From assembly GCA_964187785.1 (NCBI GenBank), contig OZ076409.1, positions 82,834,001 to 82,898,000 on the forward strand: a DNA stretch of 64,000 bases. Direction: 5' to 3'. The stretch is from Amphiscolops sp. MND2022. Taxonomy: Eukaryota. The notes under the pieces are model-generated. The model was given only the letters and a program-made list of their open reading frames with translations. It ran no database searches and was not told where the DNA came from. The position numbers and the translations under genes were made by a program. Below, piece after piece: positions 63,540-64,000 of the stretch; the stretch's first letter is position 1; each line of letters opens with the position of its first letter.

Positions 63540-63670
63540 AGCTTCCAGCCTACCACTGCCTGACCACTTAATTGCAAATATGGTACCATATCTTGCTATG
63601 GGGAGTTAGTATCCGGAAGGGCGCCGACTTAGAAAAGCAGATCTGCTTATCCCCGAGGTATTGGGGAAAT
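63540..63670. repeat. Dispersed repeat, inverted copy of 16405-16530
   Basis: GCAAATATGGTACCATA..GGGCGCCGACTTAGAAAAGCAGA.CTGCTTAT. Confidence 0.7.
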
Positions 63671-64000
63671 TAACTTCCAAATTCAGGAATTATTTATCTC
63701 TTATTTAACTCATGGAAATCAAGCTGCAGTTAAGAGTTAAAATGTACTAAAATCGATTAACTGAAGTAATGGGATCATTTGACCTCTTTACGGGGAACAT
63801 TCAACCAACCACATTTTGCACTCGTCATCCATTCTGGTAACTTAATAATTGTGTTTAAAAATTGATAGGACAAGTTTCATACTTTTCATAGTAATCTTTT
63901 GTACTTTCAAATTCGAAAATGAAGCATTTTGGTTTTCCCCAATCTTTGAGGTAGAAATTAACATTTGGTACGAAAATTCGTTGATTTTCTTGAATGATTT

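Overview
AT-rich, intron-containing eukaryotic (metazoan-like) genomic DNA with two 200-N assembly gaps. Host genes: a globin cluster with classic B12.2/G7.0 introns (one complete gene at 16956-20129, two partial genes at 3239-3645 and 60907-61534, and a probable decayed fourth copy on the + strand at 62587-63490), and a 4-exon cystathionine gamma-lyase gene (52065-59587, - strand). The centre holds a 15.3-kb Polinton/Maverick (adintovirus-like) endogenous virus at 22876-38187. It has AGTAGTAG termini, ~163-bp TIRs, a 6-bp CTTGTC target-site duplication, and mildly decayed genes for protease, minor capsid, two packaging-type ATPases, integrase, major capsid and protein-primed PolB. Other mobile DNA includes Ty3/gypsy and Ty1/copia remnants, a hAT MITE with an 8-bp TSD, a repeat family with subterminal inverted repeats, and a ~4.6-kb palindromic pair of Penelope-like elements with a minimal hammerhead ribozyme inside CTH intron 2. 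Most unusual signals: about 12 GC-rich mini-hairpin cassettes inserted (often in frame) across the Polinton genes; a second ATPase with a predicted membrane anchor; TAAATG start contexts; a GG-AG first intron of CTH with inverted-repeat ends; and Cys at E18 in all three well-preserved globins, which flank an H2S-producing enzyme. All calls come from reading the sequence by eye; no database searches were run.
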